Part shown: in pieces, positions 1 through 7,844 of the stretch
Position numbering within the stretch: position 1 is the stretch's first letter
How the letters are laid out: every line of letters begins with the position of its first letter
DNA from: a virus
Taxonomy: Duplodnaviria; Caudoviricetes
DNA: 64,000 nucleotides
IMG/VR virus record: IMGVR_UViG_3300005573_000075
Coordinates: 1-64,000 of that record
Reading direction: 5' to 3' (one strand)
The notes under the pieces: generated by a model
Databases searched by the model: none
Told to the model about the DNA's origin: nothing
What the model saw: the letters and a program-made list of their open reading frames with translations, nothing else
Translations under genes and position numbers: made by a program

Positions 1-201
1 TTGCCCTTTAGAAAGAAAAGGAGCAATATTATTCGGAATCCAACTATCTATTTCACAATAGATAATCTTATCCCCTATTTTAAATTCTCCTTTTTTAACA
101 ACTACTTTCCAACCAAGAACAGTTGCTACTTCAATTGAATCAGCATTAGGGATTGGTTGAATGTCTTTAATAATTTGAATTGTGGCTAAATTAATATCCA
201 T
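1..201 (-). CDS. RNA ligase, DRB0094/Rnl5-like family, N-terminal part (runs off the window start; not in the ORF track)
   Basis: Manual translation from ATG at 201: MDINLATIQIIKDIQPIPNADSIEVATVLGWKVVVKKGEFKIGDKIIYIEIDSWIP, matching the characteristic N-terminal module of this ligase family. Confidence 0.8.
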   Translation of the reverse strand, partial: MDINLATIQIIKDIQPIPNADSIEVATVLGWKVVVKKGEFKIGDKIIYCEIDSWIPNNIAPFLSKGQ

Positions 202-202
202 G

Positions 203-472
203 TTAACCCTCATGACAGATTATTTTTTTGATATTAATATTTAAAAAATTCTTAATTTTTTTAATTAAGGATTTTTTTTGTTCTTTTACAATTGCTCCTT
301 TTAACGACCAATCAAAAAACCAATCTCTCCTTTTCTCGCAACAATCATACCCTGTATCGAAATTAATTCCTGCTTTTATTAAAGATTGTTCTGCCTCTAT
401 CATATATTTCATTTTTTCATTGCCTATATTAGGAAATGAAATTGTTACGAATTTGGATTTGTTGGATTTCAT
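203..472 (-). CDS. hypothetical protein (89 aa)
   Basis: AGGAGG upstream, co-oriented, stop abuts the start of the RNA ligase gene. Confidence 0.6.
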   Translation of the reverse strand: MKSNKSKFVTISFPNIGNEKMKYMIEAEQSLIKAGINFDTGYDCCEKRRDWFFDWSLKGAIVKEQKKSLIKKIKNFLNINIKKIICHEG

Positions 473-512
473 ATGTTCCTCCTAAAAATTCAACATATTT
501 ATTTTTTTTTAT

Positions 513-560
513 AAATTAAACTCCTTCTAAAACCCACGGTTTTAACCGTGGGTAGATGAC
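513..560 (+). mobile_element. 48-bp miniature IS200/IS605 derivative (left end plus one hairpin plus right-end tail)
   Basis: TTAT|AAATTAAACTCCTTCTAAAACCCACGGTTTTAACCGTGGG is identical to the left end at 26175 and is joined directly to TAGATGAC, the right-end tail at 27359-27366. Confidence 0.88.
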
Positions 561-1171
561 TTTTTTAACACAAGCCAATAAGAATGATATTTTCTTGAAT
601 GTCTCTGTTTAAGATTACTATTCCAAATTCTACCACCTTTAAAGACCATAATAAATAGATCTTCTATTTTAAATCCTTTTTCTAATGCCCAATTATGAAC
701 ATAACAATGCGTAAGCGTGGTTTTGGTATCTGTGTAATCTTGACATTTAAAAGCGACTATTCCATCTTTCTTTAATACTCGAAAGAATTCTTCCAATGCC
801 TTTTTATACATTTGCTCTAATTCTTCCCAGCTATCAAACATTGTGAATCTTTTTGTCATTACATTATTTTTTGTCTGTCCATGAGTTCCAAACATAAAAG
901 GAGGGTCAAAAACAATACTTTTTACTGTATCGTTTGGGAATGGTAATCCATTCATAATATCATTTTGTATAACATCATCACTTTGTGGATTTTTATCTAG
1001 CTTATGCATTGGCCTTTCTAAATCCTCATAAAATTTCCCTGTTGAATAACAAGGATCTAAATCAAAATTTTCATTATTTAAATACAGCTTTTTTACTGCG
1101 ATTAAAATATCTTTATCGCTATATTGTATAGATTTAATAACTTGTGGAGTTTCTTCAAATAAGCTATCCAT
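542..1171 (-). CDS. DNA methyltransferase (N6-A/N4-C class)
   Basis: Catalytic motif IV SIVFDPPF and SAM-binding-like DLDPCYSTGKFY; the last 5 residues derive from the mini-IS. Confidence 0.8.
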   Translation of the reverse strand: MDSLFEETPQVIKSIQYSDKDILIAVKKLYLNNENFDLDPCYSTGKFYEDLERPMHKLDKNPQSDDVIQNDIMNGLPFPNDTVKSIVFDPPFMFGTHGQTKNNVMTKRFTMFDSWEELEQMYKKALEEFFRVLKKDGIVAFKCQDYTDTKTTLTHCYVHNWALEKGFKIEDLFIMVFKGGRIWNSNLKQRHSRKYHSYWLVLKKSSTHG

Positions 1172-1198
1172 TTTTTTTCTCCTTTAATATTGTTAATT

Positions 1199-1399
1199 TC
1201 ATAGATCATTATCATCATATATAGGTATATCATCTATTGCAATTTTTTTAACATCAGAAATTTCCTTAAATGCTTCTTTTAAATTTTTAGTTAATTTATT
1301 GGTTATCCCTATCTTATAATTTAAATAAGTTATACCTAACTTATTAAAAGCTTTAATTAAACTTGGGGGAAATTCATTATTTTTTATTTTTTTATTCAT
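1199..1399 (-). CDS. hypothetical protein (66 aa)
   Basis: Co-oriented and tightly packed in the operon. Confidence 0.55.
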   Translation of the reverse strand: MNKKIKNNEFPPSLIKAFNKLGITYLNYKIGITNKLTKNLKEAFKEISDVKKIAIDDIPIYDDNDL

Positions 1400-1402
1400 A
1401 AA

Positions 1403-1933
1403 TTACTTTTCTAAAAGTTCTTTGTTTTGCCCTTTTAGAGATTTAAGTATTTCTTTCTCTATCTTAGTAGTGGGATTATTAACATCATAGAATTCCGCTA
1501 TTCTAGCTAAAGCATAAGAATCGGCCTCATCATCATTTTTGAACTCCGCTTTCCATTTTTTAAAAATGGAAAGCATCATTTGGTTTTTTTCTGTTCTTCC
1601 AGAGCCAGTTACATATTTTTTCAATGTCATTGGATTGACATTTATAAAAGGTAGTTTATTATCGGTCATAACTATTTTATACATCCCGCCTAATTCCCCC
1701 AGTGAAAAGCTATGCCCTGCCCGGATATTAAAAGTATAAGATTCCAAAGCTATTAATTTTACATCTAAATTAATATTTTTTAAAATATTTAAAAACTCAT
1801 TCCTGATATAAATTAATCTATCTACTCCTCTTAATGTTTTTGGCTGGATATTAAAAACATTAAAAGTTCCGTCAGGATTTAGCAATGTAATAGCACTATG
1901 GGTTAAAGAAGGGTCTATACCTATATATTTCAT
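1403..1933 (-). CDS. ruvC: RuvC-like Holliday junction resolvase
   Basis: YIGIDPSLTHSA, IALESY, LGELGG, KKYVTGSGRTEKNQM, DDEADSYALA: all RuvC acidic catalytic positions present. Confidence 0.9.
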   Translation of the reverse strand: MKYIGIDPSLTHSAITLLNPDGTFNVFNIQPKTLRGVDRLIYIRNEFLNILKNINLDVKLIALESYTFNIRAGHSFSLGELGGMYKIVMTDNKLPFINVNPMTLKKYVTGSGRTEKNQMMLSIFKKWKAEFKNDDEADSYALARIAEFYDVNNPTTKIEKEILKSLKGQNKELLEK

Positions 1934-2676
1934 TCTGTCTCCACACCGAATATACTTATTATATAATTTGGGAAGAAATCGAAAGGCAGATACCCATATC
2001 CTTTATCTCCCCATTCCAAACCATAACTATTAAGAAATTTAATTTGTTTTTTTTCCATATCATATCCGCAGGCACACACCGCATGCCCGCCAAGGAGATT
2101 CTCTCCTTGGCTGGGGGTAGTGACTATACCAGTTTTAGTGGTATATGGCGATTCAAAAGAATCGTAGACCATAAAGCCTAGCGCAGCTACATTTTCTTTT
2201 GACAAATGTAAAATTAATTGGTTTAATGTTACCAGTGGCGCAATATTTTTTACTCTATATTGCGCAGCATTTAGATACGCGGCGGATAACGGCGCTTGGA
2301 AAATGTCTTTATTTGTATCTGGAATATCGGGGTGATATATTTCTTCGCAGATACCATGCGTGTATAAAACGTCGACCACATCAGACAACCTGGCGCCATT
2401 ATCTGAACTTTCCGTATGCTCAGTCTGTCGGCCTAAGTAGTAAGCAAATAACGGAGATAACAATTTTTTATTTTGCAAGTAAAAATATCGCATAGCGCTG
2501 GTTGCATATCCAGTGCATGCGTTTTGGTTATATTGATTCCTAACGATTAATCCTTGAGATAGATCTATTTTGTTTTGGACATCAATAGGTTCATATGCCT
2601 GTCTGCAAAATATTTTTTTCTCAGGTAAAAGATTATATTTTCTTAGTTTGGATTTTATTGTGCGATACAGTTCCAT
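1930..2676 (-). CDS. papain-like (C1 family) cysteine peptidase
   Basis: RNQYNQNACTGYA (oxyanion Q, catalytic C), GGHAVCACGYD (H), FLNSYGLEWG (N). Confidence 0.9.
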   Translation of the reverse strand: MELYRTIKSKLRKYNLLPEKKIFCRQAYEPIDVQNKIDLSQGLIVRNQYNQNACTGYATSAMRYFYLQNKKLLSPLFAYYLGRQTEHTESSDNGARLSDVVDVLYTHGICEEIYHPDIPDTNKDIFQAPLSAAYLNAAQYRVKNIAPLVTLNQLILHLSKENVAALGFMVYDSFESPYTTKTGIVTTPSQGENLLGGHAVCACGYDMEKKQIKFLNSYGLEWGDKGYGYLPFDFFPNYIISIFGVETE

Positions 2677-2689
2677 GTCAATACCTCCT

Positions 2690-2921
2690 TTACATATTAC
2701 AAAATTTTTTAAAACTCTGTCAAGCGTTAATTTGGAAGATATACAAAAATAGCCAAATCTATATCATTTAAATATGCTTCTATTAACTGTTTTACTTTAT
2801 TCCATTACATATTACAAAATTTTTTAAAACTCTGTCAAGCGTTAATTTGGAAGATATACAAAAATAGCCAAATCTATATCATTTAAATATGCTTCTATTA
2901 ACTGTTTTACTTTATTCCATT
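2690..2921. repeat. perfect 115-bp tandem duplication
   Basis: 2690-2804 is repeated at 2805-2919 with a TT junction overlap; covers the 3' end of the macrodomain gene and a promoter. Confidence 0.95.
2694..2723 (-). promoter_or_regulatory. sigma70-like promoter for the peptidase operon (second copy at 2809-2838)
   Basis: Minus strand TTGACA-N18-TAATAT followed by AAGGAGGT and the peptidase ATG. Confidence 0.65.
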
Positions 2922-3291
2922 CCAATCCTCCATTCCCGCACCCTAGTGCGGGAATGGCGATGGATTCAATTTTAGCTTCAGGATCATTATCGCCAAATGG
3001 GCGTTCCTTTAAAAAATTTGATATAGCTTTTAACCCTGCTTCAACATATTCATATTTTGAAGGGTTCCTCCAATCTTCTTTTGTAGGAATATTTAATATT
3101 ATTTTATTTTTCTCTTTTACAGCCAAATATCCGCCTATATTTAATTTTTTTTCTTTGCATACTTCTTTGTACTCTGAAAAATTAAATGGATATTCTTTTT
3201 TGAATTGTAGAGCTAATCCTTTCCCCATTACTCCCACAGTATTGACTTTGGCAGAACTTTCAAGAATATTTCCTTGCATGTAAAAAATCAT
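2842..3291 (-). CDS. macrodomain ADP-ribose glycohydrolase, DarG/TARG1-like (start revised to 3291)
   Basis: VNTVGVMGKGLALQFKK, ILNIPTKEDWR, IAIPALGCGNGGLEW; AAGGAGGT 8 nt before ATG 3291, with ATGA overlap on the upstream gene. Confidence 0.9.
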   Translation of the reverse strand: MIFYMQGNILESSAKVNTVGVMGKGLALQFKKEYPFNFSEYKEVCKEKKLNIGGYLAVKEKNKIILNIPTKEDWRNPSKYEYVEAGLKAISNFLKERPFGDNDPEAKIESIAIPALGCGNGGLEWNKVKQLIEAYLNDIDLAIFVYLPN

Positions 3292-3605
3292 TTGAAAAAC
3301 CTCCTTATTATTAAAAAAATAATGAGTCCCCATGGTATTAAAGGTAAAATAATCCATACAAATACATTCCGCCAATTGATTCTATAAAATGTTTTTAATA
3401 TTTGTTGTAACTTAAATTTTATAGATTTTGTATTACTCCATTTTTCTATCCCTTCATACCAACCATCATGAAAGCCAGAATCGTATGCAAGTTCCACGAG
3501 ATTTAGCAAGTTATACTCAAATGAAAATTGTAAATTTTTTGAATTTCTTTTTCTAGCCAAATTTTTTGCTCGCTTCAATAATTCTTCTTTTGTTAATGTG
3601 AACAT
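3288..3605 (-). CDS. hypothetical membrane protein
   Basis: RBS AGGAGGAG; C-terminal hydrophobic stretch VFVWIILPLIPWGLIIFLII. Confidence 0.65.
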   Translation of the reverse strand: MFTLTKEELLKRAKNLARKRNSKNLQFSFEYNLLNLVELAYDSGFHDGWYEGIEKWSNTKSIKFKLQQILKTFYRINWRNVFVWIILPLIPWGLIIFLIIRRFFK

Positions 3606-3617
3606 TTCTCCTCCTCC

Positions 3618-4976
3618 TTAATTTCCTGATGAAATTAAGGTTTTTACTAATGAACAACTACGTTTAATAGCTTCTTTAAGAATATATGCACTATCCACGA
3701 TCCCCTCTTCGAGGGGGTCCACAAATTTTTTCTTTTCAAAAGAAAAAATTTGGGTAGGGTGGAGATAATTTGATACAGGATCCCCACATATCTTTTGTAT
3801 CAAATTATAGCATACTTGTGCAACTGCTTTTTTTAACCCTTTTGGAAATTCATTATTTTCCAGTCCCCACCAATGTAGAAAATCAAAGCCGCCTTTTATT
3901 CCGCCATAGATTAAAATATTTTTATGAACCATTAATGCATTTTTTATATCTGTATATAAATCCTCTCTATTTGTGCCGCCTATGTATACCGTTGCGTTTT
4001 TACCATACAATCGGCTTACTTTTGATACTACAGCCATTTTATCTAGGTTAGAGCTATACAAATCTTTTTTATTTAAAATTTTATCTAAATCAATGTCTAC
4101 ATTTTGAAATGAAAATTTTATGTACTTATCAAATTTATTAATTTCTATTGAATCTAATGTCCCTAAATCTGTTGGTGAAATAGACGAAGATGCTATATTA
4201 CATTTCGTGAAAGTTTTCATATCCTCCATAAAATCTATTCGTTTATCATCAACAAATGGCAATCTAATAACCGCTCCATCAATATTTCCTTTTTGTATAT
4301 TAAGATACATAGTTTGGAGCGCTTTTTTTTCAATTGATTTACAAAAAATTATTAAAGGTGTTTTTAAATTGTGGCAGATATTTAACAGTGATACAAATTC
4401 ATTAGAATAATTTAATGAATTATTTAAAACAGCAACATTAACATTTTGAAATTTTATGATATCAAGTTTATACAATTCAAAAATATCAGGCGATAAAATA
4501 TCGGAAGATATTATAAATCCATTATGGAGTACTATTTTGATATCCTCGATTTTATTCGTTCTTTTTAAATCCGCTATTCCGTATTTGCCTATATGATTAG
4601 CAACATATTGAATTAATCCGCTATATTTTTTATCTTTTAAATGAGTATTAATACTTTTGGAATTGGTGTATGAAAATCTAATTTTAGCTAAATAAGCGAT
4701 TAAATTTTTTTGCAACAAATCCAATTCGTTCACAATAGTATTTATTTCCATCCCGCTTACTTTCATTTTCTTATAATATTCTAGCAAATTGTATGTAACC
4801 AATCCGAAGAAATTAAATCCACCACCACAATCGTCTATTAATTTTCTACCCTCTTGCCATATTAAATTACTGACCAAATCTGTGGATATATCTGTGTAAC
4901 CTAAGTAAGATAATTTTTTCCCGTTGTATAGTAAATTTCTACCGTCAAACAAATTCAATAAAAACAATTTTTTCAT
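3618..4976 (-). CDS. highly divergent group I chaperonin (GroEL-like); probable start 4976
   Basis: Apical segment KTPLIIFCKSIEKKALQTMYLN..AVIRLPFVDDKRIDFMEDM, RLYGKNATVYIGG and GIVDSAYILKEAI align by eye with GroEL [50 protein letters not shown] and GILDPTKVTRSAL. Confidence 0.78.
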   Translation of the reverse strand: MKKLFLLNLFDGRNLLYNGKKLSYLGYTDISTDLVSNLIWQEGRKLIDDCGGGFNFFGLVTYNLLEYYKKMKVSGMEINTIVNELDLLQKNLIAYLAKIRFSYTNSKSINTHLKDKKYSGLIQYVANHIGKYGIADLKRTNKIEDIKIVLHNGFIISSDILSPDIFELYKLDIIKFQNVNVAVLNNSLNYSNEFVSLLNICHNLKTPLIIFCKSIEKKALQTMYLNIQKGNIDGAVIRLPFVDDKRIDFMEDMKTFTKCNIASSSISPTDLGTLDSIEINKFDKYIKFSFQNVDIDLDKILNKKDLYSSNLDKMAVVSKVSRLYGKNATVYIGGTNREDLYTDIKNALMVHKNILIYGGIKGGFDFLHWWGLENNEFPKGLKKAVAQVCYNLIQKICGDPVSNYLHPTQIFSFEKKKFVDPLEEGIVDSAYILKEAIKRSCSLVKTLISSGN

Positions 4977-4997
4977 TAAAACAAATTTTAGCAAAAT

Positions 4998-5294
4998 TTA
5001 AAAACGGATTGCAAGCACTATATCTAAATTTTTATTTTTCAAATCAATATTTGCTATTTGAAAAGAAACATCTTTATTTGTTTTTTCGGAAATTTTATTT
5101 GCCACTTTGGATAATTTTAAATTTATGAAGGAGCTAAATAGTTTATCAAAAAAATTAAAAGGAGATTTATTTTCTGGGATTCTTATTAGGAACTCAGATA
5201 TGTTATTGTATATTGCCATATTGACAACATCAAGTTGTTCAGATTCAATTGTTTTTTTTATCACTTCGGTTAATTCTATTTTTTTATTTTTCAC
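4998..5294 (-). CDS. hypothetical protein (98 aa)
   Basis: RBS GAGGTG, co-oriented; no GroES motifs. Confidence 0.6.
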   Translation of the reverse strand: MKNKKIELTEVIKKTIESEQLDVVNMAIYNNISEFLIRIPENKSPFNFFDKLFSSFINLKLSKVANKISEKTNKDVSFQIANIDLKNKNLDIVLAIRF

Positions 5295-5369
5295 CTCTTC
5301 CTCCCATTTTTCGTGTGCATTCTTTACAAATGAATCTTTTCATAGGCATTAGGGATGCCATATCGTTAT
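5284..5369 (-). pseudogene. 3' part of a 31-codon ORF interrupted by IS copy 1 (5' part at 6608-6617)
   Basis: Removing 5370-6607 gives MNFDNDMASLMPMKRFICKECTRKMGGRGEK, with ATGA coupling to the stop of 6614..7015. Confidence 0.55.
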
Positions 5370-5437
5370 AAATTAAACTCCTTCTAAAACCCACGGTTTT
5401 TAACCGTGGGATACAGAAGGGTAAAGAACATATATAA

Positions 5438-5466
5438 ATATTAGCATTTTTAAAAATGGTTGTCAA
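5438..5466 (-). promoter_or_regulatory. outward-facing sigma70-like promoter inside IS copy 1
   Basis: Minus strand TTGACA-N17-TAATAT with extended -10 TG; lies in a 46-bp segment absent from copy 2. Confidence 0.7.
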
Positions 5467-5477
5467 GTCAAAAATAA

Positions 5478-5502
5478 ATGACAATGAAGGGTATATATAA
5501 TA
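5478..5502 (+). promoter_or_regulatory. conserved phage promoter motif upstream of tnpB copy 1
   Basis: ATGACAATGAAGGGTATATATAATA, versus ATGACAATAAAGGGGATATATAATA upstream of virion-module genes. Confidence 0.75.
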
Positions 5503-5505
5503 GAT

Positions 5506-6606
5506 ATGGTAAGATTAACCTATCATTGTAATTTAAAAGGTAATAAAGAGAAACTAGCGTTTCTGGAACAACAATATAAATATGCTCAAATAATAGCTAG
5601 GTATTACCTTTGGTATATCAAATCAACTAAAGAGTATAGGAAATCAGAAATACATAAAGTTACATATGAAAAAATAAGAACTAAGTATCCATTTCTGTAT
5701 TCTAAATTAATACAACATATAAGGAATAAAGTGTTAGCTTCAGTAAAAGCTAAAAAACTCTATAAAGTCAAAAAATTAAATATTCCTCTAATTTTTGATT
5801 ACCAAAATTTTGATATAGGATTTAAAGAAGGTTACTATAATGCATGGATAAGATTGTGTAAAAATAATTATCCCCTAGAAGGTTTAAGAACGATTAATAA
5901 GTTAAAAGAAATAGTAAGTATAAAAGAAATTCAAATAAAAAAGATAAATAATGCATGGAGAATATACTTCATATGTGAGGTAAAAGAAAACAATAATGTT
6001 AAAGGAAATCAGAGGTTAGGTATAGATATCAACATAAAAAATATAACCCTTTCAAACAATAAAAGATTCAATCTAAAACAATATGTTCATAAAAAAATAG
6101 AATACCGAAAACATAAACAAAAAGATAAAATAATAAGATACTCTAAAGATTTCTTCCATAAGTTGACTTCTGAGTTAGTTAAGTATCTAATAGAAATGGG
6201 AGGTTCTCAAATTATATTAGAGAACCTAACTAATATCAGAAAGTCAAGTTCTAGAAAAGAGGGAACATCTAAAGGGAAAACTGTAAACTACCTAATAAAC
6301 AATGTCTTTCCCTATAAGATGTTTCAAAGTTTTCTAGAGTATAAATGTAAATTAAATGGGCTAGAAGTTAAATATATCAACCCTAAAAATACTAGTAAAA
6401 CTTGTGAATGTGGATCCATGGATACTAATAGACCTAAACAAAGTCTATTAGTATGCAATACTTGTGGAAGAAAGATGAATGCGGATTTAAATGGAGCTAT
6501 AAACATCTTGAAGTTTTCACTTCAAGATGGGTTACTGAGTCATTCTAACCAGTCTGAGCTCCTTAAACAAACAGACAAGCCCTCGGCCTTAGCCAGGGGT
6601 AGATGA
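5506..6606 (+). CDS. tnpB: TnpB RNA-guided nuclease
   Basis: RuvC-I LGIDIN, RuvC-II IILENL, zinc ribbon SKTCECG..CNTCG, RuvC-III NADLNGAINI; catalytic D/E/D intact. Confidence 0.95.
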   Translation: MVRLTYHCNLKGNKEKLAFLEQQYKYAQIIARYYLWYIKSTKEYRKSEIHKVTYEKIRTKYPFLYSKLIQHIRNKVLASVKAKKLYKVKKLNIPLIFDYQNFDIGFKEGYYNAWIRLCKNNYPLEGLRTINKLKEIVSIKEIQIKKINNAWRIYFICEVKENNNVKGNQRLGIDINIKNITLSNNKRFNLKQYVHKKIEYRKHKQKDKIIRYSKDFFHKLTSELVKYLIEMGGSQIILENLTNIRKSSSRKEGTSKGKTVNYLINNVFPYKMFQSFLEYKCKLNGLEVKYINPKNTSKTCECGSMDTNRPKQSLLVCNTCGRKMNADLNGAINILKFSLQDGLLSHSNQSELLKQTDKPSALARGR

Positions 6607-6625
6607 TCAAAATTCATAATGGATT
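6480..6625 (+). ncRNA. predicted omegaRNA/reRNA plus about 18-nt flanking guide, copy 1 (5' boundary approximate)
   Basis: Stems GGTTA/TAACC, GTCTG/CAGAC and the right-end hairpin; TnpB guide RNAs are known to overlap the tnpB 3' end and read into the flank. Confidence 0.6.
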
Positions 6626-7015
6626 ACTGAAAATTTTGAGATAGCAAGGAACCAAGGCAACTATAGGAATATTATTCGCTAATCTTGCTTCAATGCCTTT
6701 GGATATTATGGTTTTTTCTTGTTCACTAACATTATACCCTTTCAAAGTACTTGCAATATAAAAATTGAATGGATCAATATTTTGAAGGTTTATTTTAAAC
6801 TTATATTTTTTCCCATTAATTGTTTTGGCATATTTTTCAATTTGGCCCAAAGCTTCTTGTGCAGGTTGATTATCATAGCGAGCAGAATTAACAAGTTTGA
6901 CTAACCGTAATCCAATAGCTTTTAATTCCTTCATAGAAATTTTTCTAATTGAAGGCAATGGCGTAATTTCTATCACAACAATAGGTACCATAAGTTTAAT
7001 TTTTACGAATTGCAT
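6614..7015 (-). CDS. hypothetical protein (133 aa)
   Basis: RBS GGAGGAG; preceded by both promoter types. Confidence 0.7.
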   Translation of the reverse strand: MQFVKIKLMVPIVVIEITPLPSIRKISMKELKAIGLRLVKLVNSARYDNQPAQEALGQIEKYAKTINGKKYKFKINLQNIDPFNFYIASTLKGYNVSEQEKTIISKGIEARLANNIPIVALVPCYLKIFSNPL

Positions 7016-7036
7016 TTTTCTCCTCCAGTCGTGTTC

Positions 7037-7061
7037 TATTTATTATCCCTGATATTGTCAC
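7037..7061 (-). promoter_or_regulatory. conserved phage promoter motif (variant)
   Basis: Minus strand GTGACAATATCAGGGATAATAAATA with an upstream A tract. Confidence 0.65.
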
Positions 7062-7071
7062 TTATTTTTTT

Positions 7072-7101
7072 AGCATAGCAAAAAAAATTGATACTTGTCA
7101 A
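7072..7101 (-). promoter_or_regulatory. sigma70-like promoter for the leftward operon
   Basis: Minus strand TTGACA-N18-TATGCT with extended -10 TG. Confidence 0.6.
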
Positions 7102-7157
7102 CCAAATTTTTTTTTGGCCCGACGGGAGGTGAGGAAAAAAATTAAAGTCTCATCCTG

Positions 7158-7361
7158 AAAGTGTGGAAAAATTTCCACACTTTTCGCAATTAATTACTTT
7201 TATATATATTTTGTAAACTAAATTATTTTAAAATAATTTGGACCCTGTAACCCCCTTAAAATTGCGATTTTAAGGGGTTTGGGAGGGTGGATGGTAGGTG
7301 TATACCTTTTTTTAAGAAAACTTAAAATTAGCCCTAAAAGGTTTGCAATATCACAATATTT
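7158..7361. repeat. degenerate direct repeat A (copy B at 7960-8187)
   Basis: Both copies carry, in order, palindrome AAAGTGTGGAAA-NN-TTTCCACACTTT, hairpin CCCCTTAAAAT-TGYG-ATTTTAAGGGG and ATACCTTTT...AAAAGGTTT. Confidence 0.85.
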
Positions 7362-7754
7362 TCCTTGTCCTGCCAAGCGCTTACGCTCGGCAGGGGAGGG
7401 TATACAAAAGCTCATGTTAATTAATAGAAAAATGATATATATATATAACACAGAATATTAGGAAAGGGTATGAATCTGATCTGGTAGTTTTGCTTTCTTG
7501 CAGAAGATTCATACCCTCTATTATTCACCCCAAACTTGTTTTGGGGTTTGGAAAATTCATAAAATGAATTTTCCTTGGATTAACCTGTTTTATAAAAAAT
7601 GCTTAAAAAATAAGCATTTTTTTCTTCACCTTTGATTTTTCAAGGAAGTAATAGGTATATCATCTAGCATTAGTTAACATCTTACGATGTTAACATTTGA
7701 TGATATACCTGATACTTAGAACAGTATATATATGGGATAGTAAGTAATAAAAAT

Positions 7755-7826
7755 AGTAATAAGGTTAAAGATAAGGTTAGTAATAAGGTTAAAGATAAGG
7801 TTAGTAATAAGGTTAAGGATAAGATA
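7755..7826 (+). repeat. 3 x 24-bp tandem repeat AGTAATAAGGTTAAAGATAAGGTT (12-bp sub-period), iteron-like
   Basis: Read directly; the third copy is slightly degenerate. Confidence 0.9.
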
Positions 7827-7844
7827 AAGGGGGGTATGGGGGGG

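Larger units (their letters stand above)
5370..6607 (+). mobile_element. IS200/IS605-family TnpB-only (IS1341-like) element, copy 1
   Basis: TTAT target 5366-5369, left-end hairpin CCCACGGTTTTTAACCGTGGG, tnpB, right-end hairpin CCCTCGGCCTTAGCCAGGGG, ends in TGAT; no tnpA. Confidence 0.92.

Noticed and set aside
4998-5294. GroES co-chaperonin
   Set aside because: Right size and position, but no PLxDRV, mobile loop or GD-x-V motifs.
5284-5484. 66-aa ORF as an intact gene
   Set aside because: Its first 38 or so codons are IS left-end sequence; only the 3' part belongs to the interrupted micro-gene.
7218-7461. Short ORFs on both strands in the intergenic locus
   Set aside because: No RBS, they overlap palindromic arms, and composition is unlike the real genes.
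7755-7826. 24-bp repeats as a CRISPR array
   Set aside because: The repeats are contiguous with no unique spacers, and no cas genes other than tnpB are present.
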